This document shows, piece by piece, positions 47,440-60,429 of a DNA stretch of 64,000 nucleotides (positions within the stretch are counted from its first letter, which is position 1; the number at the start of each line of letters is the position of its first letter). The notes under the pieces are model-generated. The model saw only the letters and a program-made list of their open reading frames with translations, searched no databases and was not told the DNA's origin. The DNA lies in contig NC_086101.1 in the NCBI RefSeq assembly GCF_963921235.1, positions 5,334,001-5,398,000 on the forward strand, given 5' to 3'. This DNA comes from Mobula hypostoma (taxonomy: Eukaryota). The position numbers were made by a program, and so were the translations under genes.

Positions 47440-49360
47440 AAGACACAGGAGCAGAATTAGGCCACTTGGCCCATCGAGTTTGCTCCATCATCAATTATTT
47501 ATCTTCCCTCTCAACCCCATTCTCCCGCCTTTTCCCTGTAACCTTCAAGAACCTATCAATCTCCACTTTAAATATACCCGATGACTTGTCCTCCACAGCT
47601 GTCTGTTGCAATAAATTCCATCTGGCTAAAGAAATTCCTCCTCGTTTCCATTCTAAAAGGATGCTCCTCTGTTCTGAGGCTGTGTCCCCTGGTCTTAGAC
47701 TCTCCCAGCATCCTCTCTGTCTAGGCCTTTCAATATTCAATGGGTTTCAATGAGATCTCCAACCGTCCCCCATTCGTCTAAGTTACAGCGGGTACAGGCG
47801 GCTGAGCCATTAAACACTCTTCATATATTACCCTTTTGTTCCCGGGATCACTTTCGTGAACCCCCTCTAGACCCTCACCAATGTCGGCACATCTATTCTT
47901 AGATATGGGGCGCAAAACTGCTCATAATACTCCAAGTCCGGTCTGACCAATGCCTTATAAAGTTTCAACATGCTTTTATATTCTCATCCTCTCGAAACGA
48001 ATGCTAACATTGCATTTGCCTTCCTCACCACCGACTCAACCTGAAAATAAACCTTCAGGGAATCCTGCACAATGACTTCCAAGTCCCTTTGCATCTCAAT
48101 TTTTCGTATTTCTCTTCATTTCGAAAATAGTCAACCCTTTCATTTCTTCTACCAAAGTGCATGACTATACACTTCCCGACACTGTATTCCATCTGCCACT
48201 TCTTTGCCCAGCCTCCTAATCAGTCCTTCTGTAGCCTCTCTATTTCCTCAAAACTATCTGCCCTTCGACCTATCTTCATATTGTCTGTAAAATTTTCAAT
48301 GAAGCCATCAATTCTATCATCCAAATCATTGACGTATAACGTAAAAAGTATTGGTCCCAACACAGACCCCTGTGGAACATCACTCATCACCGGCAGTCAG
48401 CCAGAAGAGGCTCCCTTTATTCCTGCAAACACGAGGAATTCTGCAGACGCTGGAAATTCAAGCAACACACATCAAAGTTGCTGGTTGTCCTGACAAAGGG
48501 TCTCAGCCTAAAACGTCGACTGTACCTCTTCCTAGAGATGCTGCCTGGCCTGCTGCGTTCACCAGCAACTTTGATGTGCGTCCCTTTATTCCCACTCTTT
48601 GCCTCCCACCAATCAGTCACTGCTTTGTCCATGCCAGGATCTTTCCTGTAATACCATGGGCTTGTAGCTTGTTAAGCAGCCTCGTGTGCTACCTCGTCAA
48701 AGGCCTTCTGAAAATCCAAGTACACAACATCAACTGATTCTCCTTTGTTTATCTGGCTTGTTATTTCTTCAAAGAATTCCAACAGATTTGTCAGGCAAGG
48801 TTTTTCTTTGAGGAAACCATGCTGACTATGTTATCACGTGCTTCCAAGCACTCTGAGACCTCATCCTTAATAATTCACTCCAACATCTTCCCATCCACTG
48901 AGGTCAGACTAACTGGCCTGTCGTTTCCTTTCTTCTTGCCTCTCTCCCTTCTTGAAGAGTGGAGTGACATTTGCAATTTTCCAGTCTTCCAGAACCATTC
49001 CAGAACCTAGTGATTCTTGAAAGACCATAACTAATGTCTCCACGACTACTCAGCCATCTCTTTCAGAACCCTGAGGTGTAGAACATCTGGTCCAAGTGAC
49101 TTATCTACCTTCAGACCTTTCAGATCCCCCAGAACCTTCTCTCTCATTATGGTAACTTCAAAGATTTCATGCCCCCTGACACCCGGAACTTCCACCATAA
49201 CTTTAGTGTCTTCCACAGTGAAGACTGATGCAAAATACTCATTCATTTTGTCTGCTGTTTGGTTGTCCCCTATTACAAGCTCTCCTACGTCATTTTCCAG
49301 TGGTCTGATATCCTCTCTTGCCTCTCTTTTACACTTTTTGTATTTGAAGGAACTTTCGGA
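47440..49360 (-). mobile_element. Decayed CR1 with a Penelope-type insertion at 48424-48580
   Basis: Remnants NEYFASVFTVED and LKGLKVDKSLGPD; the insertion is flanked by a 12-bp TSD TCCCTTTATTCC (48412-48423 and 48581-48592). Confidence 0.8.
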
Positions 49361-49682
49361 ATATGGAGGGTGTGTTGAGCGGGAGGTGAGAGTTAGGGGT
49401 GAGTGGTAGGAGGTGGGGAAGGGCATGGGGAGAGTTTGTGGGGAGGATACACAGGATGGGGATGGTGGGACCCCTGGGGGTGAGGGAGGTGGGACAGGGG
49501 AGTGTTGGGATGGTCTAATATTAAGCTGGTGGGTAGGGATCGAGTCAGGTGATCAATTGAACGGTGTCCATCGCTGAGTGATTGTATACAGTCGTCAGCA
49601 ACCCTTATCACCTCACCCTGAGCTATCCACTTTCTCCATTCCCCTTACCGTGCCCCCACCCCCCCAGCTCGCTGTCCCTCAC

Positions 49683-49826
49683 CGGTGGTGAAGCGGCCCA
49701 GGATGGGAGGACTCTCCACCCGGCCCCTCATGGGCACGAGGTTGACCTCGTGCTGTGCGCCGGGCTGCAGGCCACTCAGGGTGATGCTGGTTCTGGCCCC
49801 ATCCACACTCCTGCTCTTCGGGTCAC
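49683..49826 (-). CDS. TNXB: Tenascin-X FNIII half-exon (144 bp)
   Basis: GDPKSRSVDGARTSITLSGLQPGAQHEVNLVPMRGRVESPPILGRFTT; TTGCCAG acceptor, GTGAGG donor. Confidence 0.88.
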
Positions 49827-51239
49827 CTGGCAAAAGCACAGAACCCAGGTCAAGTTCAAGTTTGATTGTCATTCAGCTGTACATAGAAACACAGCCAAGT
49901 CTGCCGGGGCCAAGGTGCAGAAGGCAGAACCAACAGTCACACACAGCACATCTCATTATGGTAGCAGAAAGCATAGGGATACAAAATATTAAAAAAAATA
50001 ATATATCTCAAGTCTGTGAGCGTCATGTCCCGTAGATTGATGGTGCATGGATGTTCTCCTGGAGCCATGTTTCTGCAAGAACGAGCCCATGGCAGTTCCT
50101 CATTTCACACAAGTGCAGCTGCAGACGAAGGCAGTCCACACAGTGAACACTGTGGGCCAGCCCCCAACCCAACCGAACATGGAATGCAGTGGCACACAAC
50201 TAGCTGCGGTCTGCTTCCCTGCCGTGAGTTCTTCGTACAATATGCATTGGTGGGACAGACACAGAAAGACAACTGCAACAATGAGCTATACCAAGGGATG
50301 GAAAAAGGGTATTTTGGAAAGTCATAATCTTGCAATTGGGGTCATGACTTTGGATTTGAGCATTAGAGGCTGAACTTTGCCTCAGCTGACAATGAAGGAG
50401 AAACTTACAATCCAAAAAAATGATACGAATTGATACTTGTGGGTCTACTTTGTTGCCGAATTGCCAACGATTTCTCATTTGAGTGCAATCTGGACACGGG
50501 TTGTGGAGGAGGCAAAGGAAATATTCCACTAATGGACTAAACACTAAAGTTATTGAGACATGCTGATCAAACAATGAGCGAAGTGACTCAGACTGGTGGG
50601 ATAAGTTTTGGAATTGGGGATCAAATGTTCAAATACATCTGTGGGTAAGGGCAGTATCGTATGCAGCGGTAATGTCAATGTTAAGCACGCTGATAATGGT
50701 ATTGCTTGATGTTTCACCTTAGAAACTGGAAGGCTGAAGTTGTGCAAAGGGAAGCGGATGATGGTTCTGTATCACAGAGAAGGTTATTGTCTGTATACAG
50801 AGTGTATGAATTCAGAAAATAAGTGGTACCTTTATCTTTGTAGAATGTAAGTGTCACACTCCTGCTGCAAATTCATGGCGGTCCTGAGTAGTCAATAGAA
50901 TAGGGGAGCATAGTGATTCTAAGATAAATACCTTTGGATCAAGGGGAGGGAGATGTTGGCCAGAAGGAACTACAGGTACTCCGGTCTGCAAATCAATGAA
51001 TTCAAATGAATCAAGGACAGTGAAAGCAGATGGACTAATTCCCTTTGTTTGTGCCATGAGGGAGGAGATGGAGCCTGCCATTATATGAAGAAGACTGAGT
51101 TCTCTATTTTGTGAGCAAGTTGCTTGGTTTGATCAGTGTTTTAAAGTTGACAGAATGATGCCTCAGACAATCTGCTGAACTAGGGATTATTTCCAAATAA
51201 GAAGATATTTGTGAGATGTTCTTTGGTTGGATATAACAT

Positions 51240-51720
51240 ACGAGAATGATTCCAAGAATGAAAGGGTTACCGTATGAGGAACGTCTTGTAACTCTTGGGC
51301 TGTATTCCCTGGAGTTCAGGAGAATGGGGAGGGATCTCATGGAAACATTCTGCAGGTTAAAAGTCCTGAACAGATTAGATATGGCAGAGTTACTTCCCAC
51401 AGTAGCTGAGTCTGGGACAAGAGGGCACGACTTCAGAATTGAAGGACGTCAATTTAGAACAGAGATGCGGAGAAATTACTTTAGTCAGAGGGTGGCAAAT
51501 CTGTGGAATTTGTTGCCATGAGTGGCTGTGGAGGCCAAGTCATTGGGTGCATTTAAGGCAGAGATAGACAGGTTCTTGATTAGCCAGGGCATCAAAGGGT
51601 ATGGGGTGAACGCAGTGGAGTGGGGACGACTGGAAGAATTGGATCGGCCCATGATTGAATGGCAGAGCAGACCCGATGGGCCAAATGGCCCACTTCTGCT
51701 CCTATATCTTATGGTCCTAC
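51240..51720 (+). mobile_element. CR1 3' fragment
   Basis: MIPRMKGLPYEERLVTLGLYSLEFRR...RVANLWN followed by a typical 3' UTR. Confidence 0.8.
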
Positions 51721-52249
51721 CATGCAGATTTTTGACCGTTGGAGTCAGCACCTGTTCTGTGTGAATCAAGCCGGTGGATAATTGAGAACAAAGAGCTATA
51801 AATCACCGGTCGTCACTTGATGGGAAGAGGGCAGTAAGTGGAGGCTGACTTGGAGCAGAGCCAATAACAAGGTGTTCGAGGTCAGACACAAGACCAACAC
51901 CCATCGACACTGGAATGCAATATTTGAATTGATAAGGAATGGATATAAAAGTGGATGCTTGGTGTGGGCTGGCAGCGGTAACTTTGAAGAATAACCACTG
52001 CAGACACAAGCGTAAGTAACCCTGCGGGAAACGCGTGGTGAGTGAATTGGGACAACGAGGAACACCTGGCCAGCGTAGACTCCTTTGCCCGGGCAATACC
52101 TTTGCTATTCTTTGACTATTCAGGAGAGTCAGGTATACTCAGCGGGTATGCACACAAGGCATTTAGTGTATGAATTCACATACTTGTTAGTGTAGACAAT
52201 AAAGGTACTTGTCGGTAAATACTGACACTCTCTCTGTGCCTCATTATCA

Positions 52250-52952
52250 TGTAAGGGGTTTCTTCTTTTATGTTACTGCGTAGGCTAACTAAAATGGCTT
52301 CTTTGTTATGTTAACTGCTGAGAAAGTTCTCTTGCTAGCAGCTTCTCTGGGTTATATTACTGATAAACGAGCGAACAAACCAATTGGGATAGATGTTATT
52401 CTTTCTAGTGTGTCTGTAAGTTATTGTGATGCGCGGGTTTTTAGGCAGAAGGCGTGATGGGGAGAGAGAGAGTGGACATGGTGCTGTGAGCTGGCTAACG
52501 GGGTCGGATCCCGACCAGGAGTCTGACGTCCAGGGTCTTCGGTGAGGAGAGGAGACGGAGACAGACTCGTGTGGAGCGTCTGGTCGACCACCGTGGTTGG
52601 TCCTAGGCGGCAGGTCGAGGTGGTCAGAGGGGATCGAATGGTGAAGAGAGGATCGTTACTAGAGCTCCAACTGTTGTGCACAAAGAGATTGAACTTTGAT
52701 AAGTGTGGCGCCTTTTATTTTCCTTTTATATTTTATCTCTATTAATTATATAGTTCCAGTAATATCTATAAACTGTAATTCATTTAATCGTATATAGTGT
52801 ATTGTCTGTTATTTGGCGGGGTGGGGTACATCACACAGCATCCACACAGACTTAATTACCCCAGTTTGGCGGGGCCGAGGGCTGTTTCCCTAGACGACAG
52901 TGAGTTGTACGACCCTGAGGCTTGCCGGGGGGGGGGGGGGAACAGGGCTACA
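52250..52952. mobile_element. Solo LTR, uninterrupted copy (703 bp)
   Basis: TGTAAGGGG...GGGCTACA; flanks ATCA and ATTA (4-bp TSD with one mismatch); homologous to 32511-34464. Confidence 0.85.
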
Positions 52953-53710
52953 ATTAAAAGGGTAATTCTGGTAAAAGCAGGCAGTTTAAAGTTCTTGGGT
53001 GAAAGCGTAGTGTTGTTTACCGAACTGTGAGGTTGAAGATGGTCAAAGTTCAAAAGTTGCAGATACACCAACAAGGGTTAAAGGTGACACAAAGGTCAGT
53101 ACCCAACATGCATCTTGGTCTGAGGTTGCATTGAAGGTCAGGGAGTTAAAGGTCATTCACCTCAGTGGTTCAGACTCCGAACAAAGGTCACGCTTTTCTC
53201 CTGGGAGGGTGGAGATGCTCTGATAGACCCCATAAGCCCCGTCCCCAACACCGAGCAAAGGCCAGGACAACGCACACACAATGCTGTAGGAACTCAGCTG
53301 GTCAGCATCTCGGGAGGCAAATAAACAGCTGACGTTTCAGGCCGAGTCCCTTCATCAGGACTGGTCAGCAAGGGGGCAGGAGCCTGAACGAGGAGGTGCG
53401 AGGGAGAGAGAAAGGATACAAGCTGGTGCGGGGAAGATGGATGGGTGGGAGAGAGGGATGGAGTTAGAAGCTGGAAGGGATAAAGGGCTGAAGAAGAAAG
53501 AAAATAAGATGAGAAGATCTGATGATCTTAAACAGAGGATTCTGCAGTTGCCGGAAATCCAAAGCAGCACACACAAAATGGTGGAGGAACTCAGCAGGTC
53601 AGGCAGCATCTTTGGAAATGAATAAGCAATTGACGTTTCAGGCTGAGACCCTTCTTCAGGACTGGAGAGGAAGGGGGAAGATACCCACGCCAACCACCCA
53701 GCCCTTTTAC

Positions 53711-53833
53711 CTTGTACGGTTGGCACGTAGAAGATCTTGTAGGTGTCGACGGGCTCCGAAGCAGCCGCCCAGCTGATGGTGACAGAGGTGTCGGTGATAT
53801 CGGTGAAGCTCATTCCGTCCTGCCTCTCCTGGG
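53711..53833 (-). CDS. TNXB: Tenascin-X FNIII half-exon (123 bp)
   Basis: AQERQDGMSFTDITDTSVTISWAAASEPVDTYKIFYVPTVQ; TTCCAG acceptor, GTAAAA donor; phase 1-1. Confidence 0.87.
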
Positions 53834-54864
53834 CTGGAATGTCAAAGCGACATTACAGAGATAAAAGAACTTAGGGATCAGCTTCATATGCCACATGTAC
53901 GTTGAAACACAGAGTAAAATGTGTCATCTGGTTTTACGACCAACACAGTCCAAGGATGTGCTGGGGGCAGCTCGCAAGTGTCACCCTGCTTCCGGGACCA
54001 ACATAACTTGCCCAGAACTTACTAACCTGAACCCCTACGTCTTTGGATTGTGGGAAGAAACAGGAATACCTAGGAGATTCCCACGCGGTCATAGGGAGAA
54101 TGTACAAACTCCGAGAATCAAACCCCGATCGGTGGTCACTGCTGGTGTAATGTGTTACGTGAGCCGCTACGCTCTACTACACTGAGTTTGAGTTGGGAGG
54201 GATGATTTGAAAATGGGAAGCTCTGACCCTGAGGCACTGCCCCCTCCGTTCTCCAGCTGAGAGAACCACTCCTCGGTCCATTTGGGAGACAATGGGTATT
54301 ATTGAGGAGATTGGTGTCTCATAGACCACTGGACAATCAGAAGGCCCCTGGGCCCCAAAGCTATATGGGTTAGAGTTGGTCAGTTGTGGGCGTGCTATGT
54401 TGGTGCTGGAAGTGCGCAAACACTTTTGGCTGCCCCTCGCACTGACCGTGCTCTGAGCGAAGAAGCCCCTCCCCCAAGTTTCCCTTAAACGAAGCATTTC
54501 GCTGTACATGTGACAAGTAAAGCTAATCTTTAATAGGTATCTGTCTAACTAACTTTCTGAATGTCTTTGGATACAACAGGGTCTTTTAAGAGCCTCTGAG
54601 ATAGGTACACGGATCTCAGAAAAATAGAGGGCTATGCGGTAGGGAAATTCTAGGCAGATTCTAGAGTAGATTACATAGCTGGTACAACATTCTGGACCGA
54701 AAGGCCTGGAATGTGCTGTTGATTTCTATGTTCTAACTGTCTGACCATCTGACGCCCGATTGCCCGGCTGTCCGAACGTCCCACTGTCCGAATGTCCGGA
54801 CATCCGAATCTCTGAGCCTTTTAAATCTTTAAATGTAGGAATGTGTTTGGATCTGATTCGTTAC

Positions 54865-55155
54865 CTGTTAGTGCCGTGATGGGAATGGCATTCGACTCTT
54901 GACCGTCCAGGACGCCGTAGAGAGAGAGCTGGTACTCCGTGCCGGGACTCAGGTCTGTCAGTGTGATGTGTCGACGGTCGCCGGAGGCCGTAATCTCCTT
55001 GGAGGCCAGCCGTCCCTTCGTGTCTCCATAGCGGACCAGGAATGAGTCAAAGGCGCCTTCTTCCACTGTCCAGGACAGCCTCAGTCCGTGTGAGTTGACG
55101 TCAGACACCGAGACACCTCCCAAGCTATTAATTGAGGTGCCGTGCACAGGAACCG
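54865..55155 (-). CDS. TNXB: Tenascin-X single-exon FNIII repeat (291 bp)
   Basis: AVPVHGTSINSLGGVSVSDVNSHGLRLSWTVEEGAFDSFLVRY...LSPGTEYQLSLYG...; GTGTAG acceptor, GTAACG donor. Confidence 0.88.
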
Positions 55156-56037
55156 CTACACAAGGGATGAAATACAAAGTTAGTGTCACCTCTGTTGTCC
55201 AAGAGTCACTGTGGGACACAAATCAAAGTGTTGAGTACAGGAGTTGGGATGTTATGTTGAAGTTGTATAAGATATTTTTGAGGCTTCACTTGGAGAATTG
55301 CATGCAGTTTTCGTCAACTACCTGCAGGAAAGATGTAAATAAGGTTGAAAGAGTACAGGGAAAGTTTATAAGGACGTTGCCAGGACTTGAAGGTCTGAGT
55401 TATAGGGAAAGGTTTATTCCCTGGAGTGCATGAGAGTTAGGGGAGATTTGATACAGTTATACAAAATTATGAGGGGTATTGATAGGATAAATGCAAGCAG
55501 GGGTTTATCCCCTTCGGTTGATTGAGACTAGAGTTAGAGGTCATGGGTTAAGGGTGAAAGGTGAAATGTTTAAGGGAAACTTGGGGGAGGGGCTTCTTCG
55601 CTCAGAGCACGGTCAGAGCGTCGAATGAGAGCGGGAGTGGTGGATGCATGTTTGATCTCAACATTTAAGAGAAGTTTGGATTGGTATATGGATGGGACAG
55701 GTTTGGAGGGCTATAGTCTGGGTGCAGGTCGATGGGAGTAGACAGAATAATGGTCGAGTATGGTCTAGATGTGCGTGTTTCTGTTATGTTCCAGGACTCT
55801 ATAACCCCTCGCTGTCTCACCCCGCAGCCTGATGCTCCCATTTTTATCCCAGACCCTCAGTCCACTATTCTAAAATCCCCCCCAATCCAGAGCCTCATTC
55901 ACTCATTTTGATCTTGATCCCACTACTCAACCCATTCCCATCCCAAGCCTTCACTGCAAACATGTGACACAGAACAGTATGGCACCAAAATTATGTCCTG
56001 GGGCAAAGGAACCTCAATCATTTCCCTGATGGCATAC

Positions 56038-56328
56038 CTGTGATGGTTAAACGGGCCTCCAGGGGTCTGGAGAGTTTGCCCCTGGACACACCGTACAGGT
56101 GAATGGTGTAGTTGGTGGCAGGCTTGAGCCCCGTGATGTAGGCAGAACGGCGGTTGCCGGCCACCGTGAAGTTGTTCCGAGTGTCGGAGCCCTGTGCCAT
56201 GTACTCTATCAGGAAGGAGTCAAAGGTGCCGTCCATCTCCCAGGAGAGTTGGAGCGAGTTTGCCGTGATGTTCGAGAAGGACAGGCTCCCAAACATGATG
56301 GATTTCACTTGCTCCACCGTTCTGGACA
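56038..56328 (-). CDS. TNXB: Tenascin-X single-exon FNIII repeat (291 bp)
   Basis: VSRTVEQVKSIMFGSLSFSNITANSLQLSWEMDGTFDSFLIEY...GLKPATNYTIHLYG...; TTTTAG acceptor, GTATGC donor. Confidence 0.88.
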
Positions 56329-56399
56329 CTAAAAGGAAGAAAGAGATTCACCCACCGGAGAAATAATCTGGCACTGACCAACTACAAGAGAGAAAACGC

Positions 56400-56929
56400 C
56401 TACTTATAAACACAAGAGATTAAGCAGATACATCGATTAAGTAGATCGGAGGACCGCTTTGTCCAGCACCTCCGCTCCACCAGCCAAAAGCAGAATTTCC
56501 CGGCGGCCAACCACTTCCCATGTTGGTCCACGGCCTCCTCTCGTGCCACGGTGAGGCCACTCTTAGGGTGGAAGAGCAACTCTTCATATTCTGTCTGTAA
56601 CCTCCAACCTCATGGCATGAACATTGATTTTTCTCTCTCTGCTAAGTTTTCCCCCTCTTCTATTCCCCACTCTGGCCCCTTACCTCCTCTACTCACCTGC
56701 CTATCACCTCCCCTCCTGCCCCTCCTCCTTCCCTTTCTCCCACGTCCAACTCTCAAACTCCTTGTTCTCCAGAGCTGTTCCTCTCTCACCCACCTGGGTT
56801 CACTTATCACCTCCTCCTTCCCTTTTCATTCTGGCACCTTTCCCCTGTCTTTCCTGTCCCGATGAAGGGTCTCAGCTCAAAACGTTGCCTGTTTATTTAT
56901 TTCCATAGATGCTGCTGGGTCCCTCCAGC

Positions 56930-56991
<62 letters not shown>

Positions 56992-57270
56992 GTTCTGGAT
57001 TGCCGGCTTCTGCACATTCTCTTGTGTTTAAGATTCAGCAGGCCAGGCACCATCTATGGAGGGTAATATTGAGCCGATGTTTCAGGCTGAGAGCCTTCAT
57101 CAGGACTGGAAAGGAAGGGGCTTAAGCTCAGTAAGAAGGTGATGGCATTGGCAAGACGGATGGGGGTGGGGGGGGTAAAAGAAGTAAGAAGCTCTGAGGT
57201 GATAGGTGGAAAAGATAAAGGGCTGAAGAAGAAGGAATCTGATAGGCGAGAAGAGTGGTCCATGAACATA
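56400..57270. mobile_element. Penelope-like 3' fragment with pseudo-LTR pieces and a (TG)n run at about 56932-56990
   Basis: GIY-YIG remnant (DRFVQHLRS...PAANHF) followed by degenerate hammerhead-type termini at about 56855-56890 (plus) and 57072-57106 (minus). Confidence 0.55.
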
Positions 57271-58721
57271 GAACAGTATAGCGTAATACAGGCCCTTTGG
57301 CCCACCATGCAATGCCAACTCTAAGATTAATCTAACCCTTCCCTTCTATATAGCTTTGATTTTTCTACCATCTATTTATGTGCCTATCTAAGATAAATAT
57401 CTGTAATGTATCAGCCCCGGCAGCTTGTTCCATGCACCCACCACTCTTTGTTTGAAAAAACACCTACCTCTGACGTCCCCCCAGTACTTTCCTGCAAATG
57501 CTTTAAAATTACGTCCTCCACCCCTGGGAATACCCTGCCTTCTTTGCACTGCTCACAACGTAAGAGATTGTGAATAGCCATGTGTGTTCTCCACCCAACA
57601 TCAAATGAACTCCATCACCCAGAGGGGGTAGCTCCACTCAACTTCACTCCCCCCGCCACCGCCTCACTCTCAAGGACTCTTCTTCTCATGTTCTCCATAT
57701 TTATTGTTTATTTATTTGTTACTATTATTAATTGTTGCATTCCTTTTTGCATGTGCAGTCTTCTGCGCCTTGATTGTCTGTCCAGTGCGCGATCTTTCAT
57801 TGGCTCTATTGTGTTTCCTTGTGTTTGATATGAATCCCAGGCTTGTGTGGTGACATACAGTATGTGTCCTTTGATAGTAAGTTTACTTTGAACTTTTTGA
57901 ACACCATGTGGGGACACTGGGCAGTATTTCCTCCACATAAGGCCCATGTGTGGCTCAGATGACAGTCCTGCAAGAGGTTTTCAGACGGGTGGGTATGGAA
58001 GGCAAATGGGTGACGTTGCAACTCTGGGGCTGAACACTACAGCACAGTTCAGGCCCTTCGGCACACAATGCTGTGCCAACTTTCTATTTATTTATTTAGA
58101 GATACAGTGAGGAACAGGCCCTTCCATGCAACGTGCTGCACCACCAAACTACCCACTGATTTAACCCTAGCCTAATCATGGCACACTTTACAATGACCAA
58201 CGAACCTACGAACCGGGATGTCTCTGGAGCCTGGGAGGAAACGGGAGCGGCAGGAGGAAACCGAAATGTTCACAGGGAGGACGTAAAAACTCATTACAGA
58301 TGATGCTGGAATTGAATTCAGAACTCTGAACTGTAGGTGCAATGCTAACTGCAACACTACCACGGCACCTAAGATCACCTAACCCTTTCCTCCCACGTAG
58401 CCCTCCAACTTTCTAACATCCTATGCCCACCTCAGTCTCTTAAATGTCTCTAATGTATCTGCCTCTCATTAGACACGCTCCCTAACCCAGGTCGCGTCCT
58501 GCTAAATCTTCTCTGCTTCCACATCCTTCCTAGAATGAGGTGACCAGAAATGAACACCGTATTCCAAGTGTAGTCGAACCTGGGTTTTATAGAGCTGCAA
58601 AATTACCTCCTGGCTCCTGAACTCAAATCTCCTGACACCTCCTTAGCCACCCTATCAACCTGGAGGAAAAATTCAAGTTTAGTTGCGGGGTTGAGAGAAT
58701 TGCCCCAGCTGTGGGATGTAC

Positions 58722-59021
58722 CTGTGGTGGTCACTATGGTGGTCAGTGGTTTCGTCCGCCTGTTTCCGGACACCCCAATGAGTGAGACACGGTAGGCGGT
58801 GGCAGGTTTCAGACCAGTGATGAAGGAGGAGTGTTGGTCCCCAGCGGCAGTAATATTCTGTGTGTCCGCCGATCCCTCAGCTCCGTACTGGATAAGGAAG
58901 GAGTCAAAGCCTCGCTCGGCAGCCCAGTGGACCTGCAAGGAATTTTCCGTGACGTTGTTCCCCGAGAGGCGAATAAGTTTACTCAACTGGCTTGGCCTGG
59001 CGCCATTGGTGTCCATGGAGG
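58722..59021 (-). CDS. TNXB: Tenascin-X single-exon FNIII repeat (300 bp)
   Basis: ASMDTNGARPSQLSKLIRLSGNNVTENSLQVHWAAERGFDSFLIQY...GLKPATAYRVSLIG...; CTGCAG acceptor, GTACAT donor. Confidence 0.87.
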
Positions 59022-59503
59022 CTGCAGCGAGGAAGAAAGGGGAGAAGAGAGATTGTTAGAGGGAAAGGCTGTGGTCTGGGGTGAGCTGGTAGGCCAGGTC
59101 CCATTGCTCCCAATCTCAGGCTTCCAGCCACAGTGTCCTGGAGATGAATGTGACGATCCAAGCTGAGAAGGAAAACTTGGCGCTGAGCTGCGGCGTTCGT
59201 TCAAGCCCTGACTCAGATGTACTTTTTGTTAGGTTTGTAGGGATGGTTTTGGGGACAGCGTGGGGAAGTGGGGAGGGGTAGGCTTCAGGGACTTCATTGA
59301 GGGGGAGTTAGAGGTCAGGAGCAGTAGGTGAAGAGTCAAGGGCAGAAGCCAGTGTTTGGAATTCAGGTTGAGTGCCCCAGGATCCCAGGGTGGGGAAGTG
59401 ATAAGGATGAAAGGTCTCCAGGTTGGAGAGCTCCAGGTCAGAGGACCATGCAGGCTGGCAGCACGAGGGTAAGTGACCATCCCCAATCTCCAAGTTGGTC
59501 AGT

Positions 59504-59740
59504 CCCAAAGGTCAAAGTCCCACGATAGCCCAGTCCTGGGGTTGATGCCCAAAGGTCAAAGTCCCATGATCAGCCAGTCCTGGGGTTGATGCCCAAAGGT
59601 CAAATTCCCATGATCAGCCAGTCCTGGGGTTGATGCCCAAAGGTCAAATTCCCATGATCGGCCAGTCCTGGGGTTGATGTCCAATGGTCAAAGTCCCGTG
59701 ATTGGCCAGTCCACGTGCCGAGGCCCAAAGGTTAAAGTCT
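59504..59740. repeat. 44-bp tandem repeat CCCAAAGGTCAAAGTCCCATGATCAGCCAGTCCTGGGGTTGATG
   Basis: About 5 copies, period 44. Confidence 0.85.
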
Positions 59741-60429
59741 TGTGATTAGCGAGCCCTGGAGTTGGTCAGAAAGGCTGTGAGTCCGGGGGAAAGGACTGGA
59801 GGTTCAGAAGCAGAGGTTACTGAGGTCAGAGGCCTGTCTGTGAGAGCGAGTGGGTAGATGGATGTGAAAGGAGCTTGCTTTGCTGTTGTCTTGTTATGTT
59901 GTTGTGCTTGTTTGTGTTCTGCTGAACACTGTGGGCGTGTTATGTTGGTGCCAGAATGTGTGGTGACGCTGGTGGGCTGCCCCAGCATGTCCTTAATGCT
60001 ACAATGCATTTCACTGTACGTTGTGATAAATAAATCTCTTTCTGAATCCGGAGAGGCTTGGCTCACTCCAGTTGACGGTAACCACGCGGACCTCAGCATC
60101 CTCCAGTGTGTGGTCTGTCTGCCTGACGCCAATGGAAGCAGATAAGCAGGGATGTGTGGATCCCGAAGAAGTAGGAGGTAGAAGGGTGGGAGGGAATAGC
60201 GGGAGAAAGGGGCCTGCAGCCAGCGTCACAGTGTGTACACACCAGCTAATCTATACTTTGTATTGCAGTGAGATGTAATGAAGAACATAATATTTGCAGT
60301 GATTATACACTGTATTATGTCACATATATAGTTGAGGTGGTGGTCTGCTCTTAATGAGGTTAAAGACCCTGCACCTCATGGTACAACCACACTTCCTCTA
60401 CAGAGTGGTACAGGCACAAAAAGCTACAT

